From Deltaproteobacteria bacterium (lineage in GTDB: Bacteria; Desulfobacterota; GWC2-55-46): a stretch of 64,000 nucleotides of DNA. Below the pieces are notes generated by a model, which was not told where the DNA came from, did not search any database, and saw only the letters and a program-made list of their open reading frames with translations. How positions within the stretch are numbered: the first letter of the stretch is position 1; each line of letters opens with the position of its first letter. This document shows positions 56,048-64,000 of this stretch, one piece after another. The stretch lies in the NCBI GenBank assembly GCA_038043525.1, contig JBBTBW010000002.1:57315-121314 (forward strand), given 5' to 3'. Position numbers and translations under genes: made by a program.

Positions 56048-56722
56048 TCATCGTCTGAGGCGGCCGAACGGCTCGACGTTGATCCTGTTTATCACGTCGT
56101 TGACGCCCCAGGTGTACCAGGCGTCTTCTTCCGCAGCGTTTTTCTCGGCCTCGCTTTTTGCCGAACCTTCAAGCGTGACTATCCAGTTGCGCGCCGAGAT
56201 ATTGATGGAGGAGGCGTCTATGAGAGAGTCCTTCTCAATGATTATCCTGAGCGCGTCCGAGACTTCGTCGTCTGTGTCCTGCTCGGGAGGCGCGACCTCG
56301 AGGCTGTTTATGACGTCCATCGTGCCCGGGACCCACCATGCAAGGACACCGGCAAGGCGCTTGTGCGTAAGGGAGCCTACCACGCCCTCGATGTCTATCA
56401 CGCCGTCTTTTATCTCGGCCCTGATCGATAAGCCTTTGAGGGTCGGCTCAGAGGAATAGGAGTGGTAGACGTGCACCTTTATCTCATCATCCGTCATCCT
56501 CTTGGACGGCTTTACCTTCAGCCTGTCGACTACGCCGTCAGTTCCGGTTATGGACATTGCGAAAAGGAGCGCTCGTTTTTTCAAAGCTATCGATTTGATC
56601 GATCCTTCTATCGTCAGCGTATTGTCGGTAAGATGGACCTTCAGGTGGCCTGTGACCGGGTCTATGTGCAATCTGTCGGTAAGAAATGCCATCATGGTCT
56701 TTATCGGGTCTTTTGATTCCAT
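56048..56722 (-). CDS. BON-domain protein (OsmY-like, multiple BON modules)
   Basis: Repeated pattern ...V.V.DG.V.L.G.V.S...K..A......V.GV..V.N.L.V. AGAAGGA RBS. Confidence 0.75.
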   Translation of the reverse strand: MESKDPIKTMMAFLTDRLHIDPVTGHLKVHLTDNTLTIEGSIKSIALKKRALLFAMSITGTDGVVDRLKVKPSKRMTDDEIKVHVYHSYSSEPTLKGLSIRAEIKDGVIDIEGVVGSLTHKRLAGVLAWWVPGTMDVINSLEVAPPEQDTDDEVSDALRIIIEKDSLIDASSINISARNWIVTLEGSAKSEAEKNAAEEDAWYTWGVNDVINRINVEPFGRLRR

Positions 56723-57235
56723 CTGTCAGATGTCCTTCTTTTGATGTTTGGTCCGGAACTTTGCCGCAGTTTCAACCGGTTGACGCACTCTGTGCGCGGC
56801 GTCGACAGCCTCTGTCTCTTAACTGATGATATCTGATTATATCAGAGGCCGGGATTTTGACAAGCCTGCCGCAGGCGTGTTGCCGGGGTCATGGTCTATC
56901 TATCGATAGATCTGAAACTCGCTGACAGATGGTTGTTAATCTTCTTTTTTGAGCTTGCAAAGGTTTTTCTTGTGTGATAGATTTATAAACATCAACACCC
57001 TTTTGCACCGAATCAGTGGGCTCCTGCTCACTTTTTTTGTTTAAGGGTCTGTCCGTTTTTCTGCTGCAGCGCGGGCTCAATAAACCAGCAAATGATGAAC
57101 AGGTGCTTGCGGCTGATCCGGCTTGTTCAAGGGACGGGTCTCCGGTTTTTTTTAAGACTGCGGCATTTCGCCGCGCGAGACAAAGGTTGTCCGCGCGCCG
57201 CTAAATAATGATAATGTTTCAACGGTAGATATTCA

Positions 57236-57709
57236 TTGAAGATAGAAGGATTGGAAGAAAGAATTCGGGCGTTGGCCCAGCCTGTGGCAGAGTCGCTTGG
57301 ACTCGAGCTTGTGGACGCGCACTTCGCCACTGATTCAGGCAGGAAGGTGCTTCGCGTTTATATAGACAAGCCCGGCGGCGTATCTCTAGATGATTGCGCC
57401 GGCATGAGCAGGGAGTTTTCCACCGTACTCGACGTGAACGACCCTATACCTCAGAGGTATTCTCTGGAGGTGTCGTCTCCGGGGCTCGACAGGCCATTGA
57501 AGAAGGAGGCCGACTTCGAGAGGTTCATGGGCCGCAGGGCCAGGATCAGGTCGCGAGAGGCGATTGAGGGCAGAAGGAACTTCAATGCCGTTATAGATTC
57601 AGTTGACGGGGCGAATATCCTCGTAACGGATTTTGACGGTAAAAAGTTCGTTCTGACCATTTCAAATATAGAGAAGGCAAGGCTTGAAGTCGATCTCGGC
57701 AAAGAATAG
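57236..57709 (+). CDS. rimP: ribosome maturation factor RimP
   Basis: Motifs [24 protein letters not shown] and [12 protein letters not shown]. Upstream of nusA. TTG start. Confidence 0.9.
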   Translation: MKIEGLEERIRALAQPVAESLGLELVDAHFATDSGRKVLRVYIDKPGGVSLDDCAGMSREFSTVLDVNDPIPQRYSLEVSSPGLDRPLKKEADFERFMGRRARIRSREAIEGRRNFNAVIDSVDGANILVTDFDGKKFVLTISNIEKARLEVDLGKE

Positions 57710-57729
57710 CAAGGAGAGGGTGTCTTAGA

Positions 57730-59046
57730 ATGTCTTTGAATCTTTCACACATAATCGAACAGGTAGGCAAGGACAAGGGTATTGATAAGCACATACTTAT
57801 CGAGGCCCTTGAGACAGCGCTTCTAAAGGCCGCTGAAAAGAGGTTCGGCCAGAACAAGCTCATAGAGGCCCATTATCAGGAAGAGGCAGGGGAGATAGAG
57901 CTCTTTCTTTTCAAGACGGTCGTCGAGCAGGTCGAAAACAATGATCTGGAGATAACCCTTGAGGCCGCGCTTGAACTCGACCCTGAGGTAGTGCTCGGAG
58001 ACAGCCTGGGCGTAAAGCTCGACTCCAAGGAGTTCGGCCGCATCGACGCGCAGACCGCGAAGCAGATAATCATCCAGAAGGTCAGGGAAGCCGAGAGGAA
58101 CATCGTCTATACCGAGTACTCGGCCAAGCGTGGCGAGATCATAACAGGCATAGTCCAGAGGTTCGAGAAGGGCGACATCATCGTCGATCTTGGAAGGGCC
58201 GAGGCGGTCCTCCCCAAGAAAGAGCAGGTGAGAAGGGAAGGCTACAGGCAGGGCGAGAGGATCAGAGGCATGGTCCTTGACGTCAAGGTAGAGGCCAAGG
58301 GGCCGCAGGTCATATTGTCGAGGACCCATCCGGGTTTTATAATGAAGCTCTTCCAGATGGAGGTCCCTGAGATATACGAGGGGATCGTCGAGATAAAAGG
58401 GGCGGCCCGCGAGCCGGGGGACAGGGCCAAGATAGCGGTCATCTCTCATAACTCCGATGTCGATCCGGTAGGCGCGTGCGTCGGCGTAAAGGGCTCAAGG
58501 GTCCAGGCCGTGGTGCAGGAGCTAAAGGGCGAGAAGATAGATATAGTGCACTGGTCGGACGAGTCGGCCATATTCGTTAAGAACACGCTCTCTCCGGCGC
58601 AGATCTCCAGAGTGGTGGTGGATGAAGATGAGCACGCCATGGAGGTGATAGTCCCTGACGATCAGCTCTCCCTTGCCATAGGCAAGAAGGGGCAGAACGT
58701 AAGGCTTGCCGCAAAGCTCACAGGCTGGAAGATAGACATACACACCGAGACCGATACGAAGAAGTCCGGCGAGTCGCTCTCCCCTGACGAGGCGCTTAAG
58801 AAAGAGTTCGCGGCCGCAGGCATCAGGGAAGAAAAGGCCAGGGAGGCCGTTATCGTTTCTACACAGGCGCTCGTTGACGCCTATGGTATCGCAGAAGATC
58901 TGGCTGTCAGGCTCGTAGAGGCCGGCTATACAACAGCGGAGATACTCGCTAACGCCACCCGCGAGCAGCTTTGCAGGGTGCCTGATCTTGATGAGGCCTC
59001 TATTGACGGGATATTGAAGGCCCTAGAAGGCCCCTCGGCCGAATAG
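57730..59046 (+). CDS. nusA: transcription termination/antitermination factor NusA
   Basis: NusA N-terminal domain, S1 and two KH domains ([27 protein letters not shown]), and a C-terminal HhH-like extension. Confidence 0.97.
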   Translation: MSLNLSHIIEQVGKDKGIDKHILIEALETALLKAAEKRFGQNKLIEAHYQEEAGEIELFLFKTVVEQVENNDLEITLEAALELDPEVVLGDSLGVKLDSKEFGRIDAQTAKQIIIQKVREAERNIVYTEYSAKRGEIITGIVQRFEKGDIIVDLGRAEAVLPKKEQVRREGYRQGERIRGMVLDVKVEAKGPQVILSRTHPGFIMKLFQMEVPEIYEGIVEIKGAAREPGDRAKIAVISHNSDVDPVGACVGVKGSRVQAVVQELKGEKIDIVHWSDESAIFVKNTLSPAQISRVVVDEDEHAMEVIVPDDQLSLAIGKKGQNVRLAAKLTGWKIDIHTETDTKKSGESLSPDEALKKEFAAAGIREEKAREAVIVSTQALVDAYGIAEDLAVRLVEAGYTTAEILANATREQLCRVPDLDEASIDGILKALEGPSAE

Positions 59047-59319
59047 ATGCCTTTACGGACCTGTCTCGGTTGCAGGAAGGTCGCGGACAAGGCCTCCCTC
59101 ATGAGATTTGCCGAGCGCGAAGGCGTTCTTGTCCTGGATATGAAAGGAGTCGTGCCCGGGCGCGGGGCTTATGTATGCGCCCTGGAATGTCTTAAACAGC
59201 TATTCAAGAGAAAAGAGGCCTTTTCGAGGGCCCTTAGAAAAAGAGTGGACTTGCCGGACATCACGGTATTTGCCGGTGCGATGACAGGCGGTTTGAACGA
59301 TAAAACCGGAAAAGGCTGA
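59047..59319 (+). CDS. ylxR: YlxR/DUF448 RNA-binding protein
   Basis: PLRTCLGCRK...GRGAYVC pattern. Canonical position between nusA and infB. Confidence 0.85.
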   Translation: MPLRTCLGCRKVADKASLMRFAEREGVLVLDMKGVVPGRGAYVCALECLKQLFKRKEAFSRALRKRVDLPDITVFAGAMTGGLNDKTGKG

Positions 59320-59352
59320 TAACTTTAAAGCGGCAGAGGAAGCAAACAGATA

Positions 59353-61785
59353 ATGACTCTGAAAGAAAAAGAGAAAAAGACTCCGGACGTCGATGAGAAA
59401 AGGGTCAAGGCCACCGTCATACGCAGAAGGGCGGCGCCAAAGGTCGAACCTGTAATTGAGGCGGCTCCTCCTGTGCCGGAACCGGCAACCCCTATAGAGG
59501 CGCCTGTCGAGGTAGTCGCGAAGAGCGTTCCTCAACCAGTGAAGCCGCCTGTCGAGCAGACCAGGCCTGTTGTAGCCACGCCTGCGGCAAGGCCGTCCGG
59601 CGCAGGCGCGCCCAAGCAGACTACTGCCGAGGAAAAAAAGAAGGAAGAGATGAGGGCCAAGGGCAGGCCCAAGCCCTTTGAGGAGAGGAAAGAGCCGATA
59701 CCGGTCAAGAAGGCCTCTCCCAAGAAGGTGCGTGAAAAGACCGCCGAAGAGCTGCTCCTTGAGTTCAGGGCGGAAGAAGCGCTCGAAAAGGTCCCTGAGG
59801 CCGCCATACCCACAGTTGCCGAGGTGAAGATCGAAGAGGCGAAGCCTGTCGCGCCAGAGATCGCCAAGAAGGAAAAGGTATTCGAGAAGCAGCCTGAGGT
59901 CAAAAAATTTTACACCGGCAAGAAACCTGCCGGCAGGAAGGATAAATTCTCGTATTCAAAGAACAAGGCGCAGGCCCAGGCATCTCAGGGCCGAGCCATG
60001 AAAAAGACAGAGATCACGACCACGAAGGCTTCAAAGCGGGTCATAAGGATAGTAGACGCCATAAGCGTCGCCGACCTTTCACAGAGGCTCGGAGTAAAGA
60101 CCGGAGAGCTTATAAAGAAGCTCATGGGCCTTGGCATCATGGCGACGGTAAATCAGCTTATCGATATGGACGCAGTCTCGCTGATAGCCCCGGATTATGA
60201 CTTCGAGGTGGAAAGCGCCGCTGTACAGGTCGAGTCTCTCATGGAACCAGGGGCTGATGAAGCGGCAGGAGAGCTTGTCCACAGGGCGCCTGTAGTTACA
60301 GTCATGGGACACGTCGACCACGGCAAGACGTCGCTCCTTGACGTCATCAGAAAGACAAATGTAGTGAGCGGCGAGGCCGGCGGCATTACCCAGCATATCG
60401 GCGCGTACCATGTCCATCTCGACCACGGAGACGTAACGTTCCTCGATACCCCGGGCCACGAGGCCTTCACAGCCATGAGGGCGCGCGGCGCCAAGGCTAC
60501 GGACATCGTGATCCTTGTCGTTGCTGCGGATGACGGCGTCATGCCGCAGACGATCGAGGCGATAAACCACGCAAAGGCTGCGGGTGTGCCGATCATAGTC
60601 GCTGTCAACAAGATAGACCTTCCGCAGGCTGATCCCGGCAGGATCAAGCAGGAACTTACGAAGTACGGCCTTGTCTCCGAAGAATGGGGCGGCGATACCA
60701 TGTTCATCGAGGTATCAGCCAAGAAGGGCATCAAGATCAAGGAACTCCTTGAGATGGTGCTTCTCCAGGCTGAGGTCCTTGAACTGAAGGCCAACCCCGA
60801 CTCGCCTGCCAAGGGCGTTGTCGTAGAGGCGAAGCTTGACAAGGGCAGGGGGCCTGTTTCGACCGTGCTCATCCAGAACGGCACGCTCAATGTCGGCGAC
60901 GCCATAGTCACCGGCATGCACTACGGCAGGATAAGGGCCATGGTGAGCGATTGGGGAAAGAGGATAGACAGCGCTGGCCCGTCGATGCCGATAGAGATAA
61001 TAGGCCTTTCAGGTGTTCCAATCGCCGGAGACCCGTTTGTAGTAGTCAAGGACGAGGCTACCGCCAAGCAGATAGCCTCGATAAGAGAGAGAAAGTCTAT
61101 CGAGAAGGACAGGCTCAAGACCGCCAAGGTGAGCCTCACCGACCTTTACGACAGGATCAATAAGGGAGAGGTCAGGGAACTGAACCTCGTCATAAAGGCC
61201 GACGTGCAGGGCTCCATCGAGGCTGTCAAGGAAACGCTCGCGAAGCTTTCCACCGACGCTGTCAAGCTGAAGGTCATCCATAGCGCCGTAGGCGGCATCA
61301 ACGAGGGAGACGTGATGCTCGCTTCTGCCTCGAACGCGATCGTCGTAGGCTTCAACGTCAGGCCGGAGCAGAAGGCGCAGAGCCTTGCCGAGAAGGAAAG
61401 CGTCGATCTGAGGCTCTATACGATCATCTACAACCTTGTTGACGAGATCAGAAATGCCATGGAGGGCCTGCTCGCCCCTGTCGTCAAGGAAGAGATACTC
61501 GGAAGGGCCGAGATACGTGAAGTGATGAAGATAACGAAGGTCGGCATAGTGGCTGGCTGCTTTATCACCGACGGCAAGGCTGTGAGAGGCGCGAAGGTGC
61601 GCCTGATAAGGGACAACGTCGTCATATTCGACGGGAGGCTCTCCTCTATCAGAAGGTTCAAGGAAGACGTTAAAGAGGTCGCCTCAGGGTATGAGTGCGG
61701 CATGACGATTGAGAATTACAGCGATATAAAGGTCGGCGACGTTCTTGAGCTATACCTTCTCAGGGAAGAGGCGGCCAAGCTGTAG
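59353..61785 (+). CDS. infB: translation initiation factor IF-2
   Basis: Pro/Ala/Lys-rich N-terminus, G domain ([24 protein letters not shown]), and a C-terminal IF-2 pattern. Confidence 0.97.
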   Translation: MTLKEKEKKTPDVDEKRVKATVIRRRAAPKVEPVIEAAPPVPEPATPIEAPVEVVAKSVPQPVKPPVEQTRPVVATPAARPSGAGAPKQTTAEEKKKEEMRAKGRPKPFEERKEPIPVKKASPKKVREKTAEELLLEFRAEEALEKVPEAAIPTVAEVKIEEAKPVAPEIAKKEKVFEKQPEVKKFYTGKKPAGRKDKFSYSKNKAQAQASQGRAMKKTEITTTKASKRVIRIVDAISVADLSQRLGVKTGELIKKLMGLGIMATVNQLIDMDAVSLIAPDYDFEVESAAVQVESLMEPGADEAAGELVHRAPVVTVMGHVDHGKTSLLDVIRKTNVVSGEAGGITQHIGAYHVHLDHGDVTFLDTPGHEAFTAMRARGAKATDIVILVVAADDGVMPQTIEAINHAKAAGVPIIVAVNKIDLPQADPGRIKQELTKYGLVSEEWGGDTMFIEVSAKKGIKIKELLEMVLLQAEVLELKANPDSPAKGVVVEAKLDKGRGPVSTVLIQNGTLNVGDAIVTGMHYGRIRAMVSDWGKRIDSAGPSMPIEIIGLSGVPIAGDPFVVVKDEATAKQIASIRERKSIEKDRLKTAKVSLTDLYDRINKGEVRELNLVIKADVQGSIEAVKETLAKLSTDAVKLKVIHSAVGGINEGDVMLASASNAIVVGFNVRPEQKAQSLAEKESVDLRLYTIIYNLVDEIRNAMEGLLAPVVKEEILGRAEIREVMKITKVGIVAGCFITDGKAVRGAKVRLIRDNVVIFDGRLSSIRRFKEDVKEVASGYECGMTIENYSDIKVGDVLELYLLREEAAKL

Positions 61786-61834
61786 CAGAAGGAGCGTGCC
61801 GATAAGCAACACGGCCGCTATGGGGCGCGCACGA

Positions 61835-62122
61835 ATGATCGTAGGCGTATGCCGCATAAGCCTCCTGATCCACGGCAACCGGTCGCTTAAGGACAAGAGG
61901 CAGGTCATTAAAAGCCTTATTGAAAAGGTGCGGGGCCGCTTCAACGTCTCGATTGCCGAGACAGGCTCCAATGATCTGTTGCAGAGGGCAGAGATAGGTA
62001 TATGCGCCGTCGGCAACGACGGCGCTTTTGTCAACTCTGTCATGGACAAGGCCGTCGACTTTATCGAAGGGCTCCATACGGCTGAGATAATCGACAACAG
62101 CATCGAACTTATCAACCTGTAG
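61835..62122 (+). CDS. DUF503 (YlxP-like) protein
   Basis: MIVGVCRISLLIHGNRSLKDKRQVIKSL matches the DUF503 N-terminus. Canonical position after infB. ATG 61820 is an alternative; the track's 61745 overlaps infB. Confidence 0.75.
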   Translation: MIVGVCRISLLIHGNRSLKDKRQVIKSLIEKVRGRFNVSIAETGSNDLLQRAEIGICAVGNDGAFVNSVMDKAVDFIEGLHTAEIIDNSIELINL

Positions 62123-62147
62123 CGCAGGATAAAGGCGGCAGCATCAG

Positions 62148-62408
62148 ATGATGGAATTTTTTAACCTGGGTTTGGGCCTCGACGTACAGACTATAGTAGG
62201 CATCATAAAGCTTGTATTGTCGATAGTCGTCTTCATCGGCGTTAATCAGTACTATTCCGCGAGGCCGCGCGTCACCAAGTCGACGCCGACCGGCTTTTTC
62301 TACAGGGAGATGTACTTTTTCGCCGTCGTCTCCAAGACCGCGAGGATGTTCCTGTACATGGCAGCGATCTCTCTGGCGCTGATAGTCGCGCTGGAGATGG
62401 CTTTATAA
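62148..62408 (+). CDS. hypothetical small membrane protein (2 predicted TM helices)
   Basis: ORF with two hydrophobic segments. No recognisable family and only a weak RBS. Confidence 0.45.
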   Translation: MMEFFNLGLGLDVQTIVGIIKLVLSIVVFIGVNQYYSARPRVTKSTPTGFFYREMYFFAVVSKTARMFLYMAAISLALIVALEMAL

Positions 62409-62435
62409 AACGATGGTTTTTTCAGGCGGTAATCT

Positions 62436-62792
62436 ATGAGCTTCAAACGTTCTGACCGCGTAGGGGACCTCATCAAGGAAGAGATAGCCTCGATGATACT
62501 CCACGGGGGCATCAAGGACCCCAGAATAGGTTTTGTGACGATCACTCACGTTGTGATGACGCCTGACCTCAAAGAGGCCAGGGTCTATTTCAGTCAGCTT
62601 GGCACCAGAGAGGACAGGGAAAAGAGCCGCACAGGCCTTAATAGCGCGAGCGGGTTTATAAGGCGGCATCTGGCGAAGGCAGTGAACCTCAGGCATATCC
62701 CGTCCGTCTCGTTCTATTTCGACGACTCCCTGGAGTACTCCGAACACATAGAGAAGGTCATCAAAGATATGAAGGAAGGCGGGGAGCTTTGA
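62436..62792 (+). CDS. rbfA: ribosome-binding factor A
   Basis: RSDRVGDLIKEEIASMI...DPRIGFVTITHV.MTPDLKEARVYF is the typical RbfA pattern. Confidence 0.92.
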   Translation: MSFKRSDRVGDLIKEEIASMILHGGIKDPRIGFVTITHVVMTPDLKEARVYFSQLGTREDREKSRTGLNSASGFIRRHLAKAVNLRHIPSVSFYFDDSLEYSEHIEKVIKDMKEGGEL

Positions 62793-62846
62793 TCCGCGCC
62801 TCTTTTTTTGTGTTTCAACTACAGTTGCCGTTTTAAGGAATAGTCG

Positions 62847-63839
62847 ATGGAAAAAAAGTATTCAAAGGTCATTGAAGAGATAAAAAGATTGAATAAGTTC
62901 CTCGTGGTCTCGCATGTAAGCCCGGAAGGCGATGCCGTAGGTTCTCTCCTTGGCCTTACGCTCGCCTTGAGAAGCCTCGGAAAGGACGTTACAGCGTACC
63001 TTGAAGACCCTGTGCCGGAGCTGTTCAGATTTCTGCCGGGAGCCGATACAGTTGTGCACAGCCTTGATGGGCATGGCCCTTTTGATGCCACCTTTGCCGT
63101 AGATTGCGGCCAGAGAGAGAGGCTCGGCAAGGGTTTCGTCGACTTGAAAGGGCCTGGTCTTGTGATAAATATAGATCATCATGCCACAAACGACAGCTTC
63201 GGCGATCTGAACGTTATCGTGCCGGAAGCAAGCGCCGCCGGCGAGCTTGTCTATGACCTTTGCGTCGAGGCCGCGATCCCGATAACGCGCGAGATCGCCG
63301 TAAACCTTTATGTCGCTATACACACCGATACCGGGTCGTTCCGGTATTCGTCCTCGACCCCTGAATCGTTCACAAAGGCAGGAGAGCTGGTCAGAGCCGG
63401 GGCGGACCCGTGGGACATCTCTGTCAGAGTCTATGAAAACCATCCTGCCAAGAAGTTCAAGCTCCTCGGTCTCGTCTTATCGACACTCGACGTGATCGAG
63501 GTCGACGGCACCGGAAGCACTGTTGCCACGGTCAGCGTATCTCTGGATATGTTCAGAGAGACAGGTTCAGAAAAGGACCTCGCGGACGGGTTCGTGAACT
63601 ACGCGAGGGCAGTTGAAGGCGTCGAAGTTGGCATACTCTTCAGAGAGGCCGCGCCGCTTAAGTACAAGGTCAGCCTCAGGTCGAAAGGCCGCATAGACGT
63701 CGCTGTCGTGGCTGAAGCCTTCGGAGGCGGCGGCCACAGGAACGCGGCAGGGTTTATGGCCAGCGGCACCATAGAAGAGGTCAAAGCCAGGGTTGTAGGC
63801 GTCATCAAGGAAAAGATAAGCGCGGACGCGAAGGCGTGA
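62847..63839 (+). CDS. nrnA: DHH/DHHA1 phosphoesterase (NrnA-type oligoribonuclease / pAp phosphatase)
   Basis: Motifs SHVSPEGDAVGS, NIDHH, HTDTGSFRY and GGGGHRNAAG. Confidence 0.85.
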   Translation: MEKKYSKVIEEIKRLNKFLVVSHVSPEGDAVGSLLGLTLALRSLGKDVTAYLEDPVPELFRFLPGADTVVHSLDGHGPFDATFAVDCGQRERLGKGFVDLKGPGLVINIDHHATNDSFGDLNVIVPEASAAGELVYDLCVEAAIPITREIAVNLYVAIHTDTGSFRYSSSTPESFTKAGELVRAGADPWDISVRVYENHPAKKFKLLGLVLSTLDVIEVDGTGSTVATVSVSLDMFRETGSEKDLADGFVNYARAVEGVEVGILFREAAPLKYKVSLRSKGRIDVAVVAEAFGGGGHRNAAGFMASGTIEEVKARVVGVIKEKISADAKA

Positions 63840-64000
63840 ACGGCGTTATACTGTTAGACAAGCCCGCAGGGTGGACCTCGCATGACTGTGTCGCGTCCGT
63901 CAAAAAGAGGATCAATGCGAAAAAGGTCGGGCATCTCGGCACCCTCGACCCGCTCGCTACCGGGCTTCTGGTGCTGGTTGTAAATGGCGCGACGCGTTTC
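63836..64000 (+). CDS. truB: tRNA pseudouridine(55) synthase TruB, 3' end cut by window edge
   Basis: The GTG start overlaps the nrnA stop. The translation NGVILLDKPAGWTSHDCV...VGHLGTLDPLATGLL contains the catalytic Asp motif GTLDP. Confidence 0.85.
   Translation, partial: MNGVILLDKPAGWTSHDCVASVKKRINAKKVGHLGTLDPLATGLLVLVVNGATRF

Noticed and set aside
1-64000. Search for tRNA, rRNA, tmRNA, RNase P, transposase, integrase and phage genes.
   Set aside because: I found no T-loop/acceptor-like signatures (GGTTCGAATCC-type) outside coding frames, no rRNA-like stretches and no recombinase motifs. This was by-eye scanning only, so small RNAs could be missed.

Overview
64-kb bacterial chromosomal segment. 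By eye it is moderately GC-rich, with heavy use of AGG/AGA (Arg) and ATA (Ile) codons. I cannot assign a taxon from sequence alone. It is densely coding: about 60 genes, all but two on the + strand. Most of it is housekeeping. Genes in order: hslU (5' partial); argB-argD-argF-argG; an FAH-family hydrolase; a class I/II aminotransferase; folK; a DhnA-type aldolase with a Zn-ADH; nadK; recN; a GNAT; a pmbA/tldD-family gene; a Crp/Fnr regulator; an M23 peptidase; secA; argJ; aroC-aroK-aroB; pepP; accB-accC; a lipoate-ligase-family gene; a CCA-adding-type enzyme; a cyclophilin; and rimP-nusA-ylxR-infB-DUF503-rbfA-nrnA-truB (3' partial). The accessory-looking part is 23.4-41.6 kb and encodes a type IV pilus (T4P) system. 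It starts with a prepilin peptidase, a histidine kinase and a sigma-54 response regulator. A textbook -24/-12 promoter then precedes a GspH/I/J/K-like (FimT-PilV-PilW-PilX-like) minor-pilin operon. The PilW-like member of that operon is a 1,451-aa giant with FN3-like repeats. After it come 1.1 kb of repeat-dense non-coding DNA, a small XRE regulator and pilMNOPQ. A previously unrecognised (to me) family of structured intergenic repeats occurs at 17.0, 23.4 and 34.5-35.2 kb and brackets the pilD-to-minor-pilin block. Other oddities are a 12 x 21-bp in-frame tandem repeat inside a ~1,000-aa TPR protein, a Cys-cluster domain fused to a histone-H1-like Lys/Ala tail, a histidine-free orphan HEPN protein, and a Roadblock/LC7 gene downstream of the pilus/aro cluster. 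I recognised no rRNA, tRNA, CRISPR array, transposase or integrase. All functional calls come from motif and pattern recognition by eye; no database search was run.
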